Shown in pieces: positions 63,990 to 64,000 of a stretch of DNA of 64,000 nt. The stretch is from NCBI RefSeq assembly GCF_001262505.1, contig NZ_KQ410724.1, forward strand, positions 320,848 to 384,847, in the 5' to 3' direction. A program made the translations under genes and the position numbers. The notes beneath the pieces were generated by a model. It worked only from the letters and a program-made list of their open reading frames with translations, did no database searches and was not told the origin of the DNA. The DNA comes from Shinella sp. SUS2. GTDB lineage: Bacteria > Pseudomonadota > Alphaproteobacteria > Rhizobiales > Rhizobiaceae. How positions within the stretch are numbered: the stretch's first letter is position 1; each line of letters opens with the position of its first letter.

Positions 63990-64000
63990 GACCATGGCCA

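Overview
This 64 kb window is a high-GC (about 62%) alphaproteobacterial chromosomal segment with Rhizobiaceae-type gene content and synteny, and it is almost entirely core housekeeping. It starts inside dnaE and runs through peptidase E, an L,D-transpeptidase, dinB, divK-pleD, rpmG, rnr-topA-dprA-plsY, pyrC-pyrB, ruvX, gatC-GNAT-gatA ... gatB, accB-accC-aroQ, rne, amiC, mrcA, prfB (with its programmed +1 frameshift), nadK, and the classic tRNA-Tyr/tRNA-Gly-tuf-tRNA-Trp-secE-nusG-rplK cluster. Many ORFs in the supplied six-frame track are long antisense artefacts typical of GC-rich DNA; I ignored them wherever the opposite strand carried a recognisable family. I found no CRISPR array, IS element, integrase or obvious phage genes. 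The places worth a second look are these. (1) A roughly 4.8 kb accessory stretch splits gatCA from gatB and opens with two anomalous tRNA-like elements, anticodon-arm-like hairpins and a long structured leader; it then carries an SPFH protein, a GNAT, an orphan YjhX/TopAI-family toxin homolog, an Rrf2/TrxR-like redox pair and a DUF1294 protein. (2) The long, AT-richer pleD-rpmG intergenic region contains an intrinsic terminator and large inverted repeats (candidate sRNA). (3) The topA upstream region has repeated TGCAAC motifs and a small SD-preceded ORF that overlaps the dprA 3' end. (4) An alphaproteobacterial SOS box (GAAC-N7-GAAC) abuts the dinB start. (5) Two non-core genes, an exported coiled-coil protein and a small RTX-repeat protein, are inserted between tRNA-Gly and tuf. 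All calls come from reading the sequence and from recalled family motifs; no database search was run.
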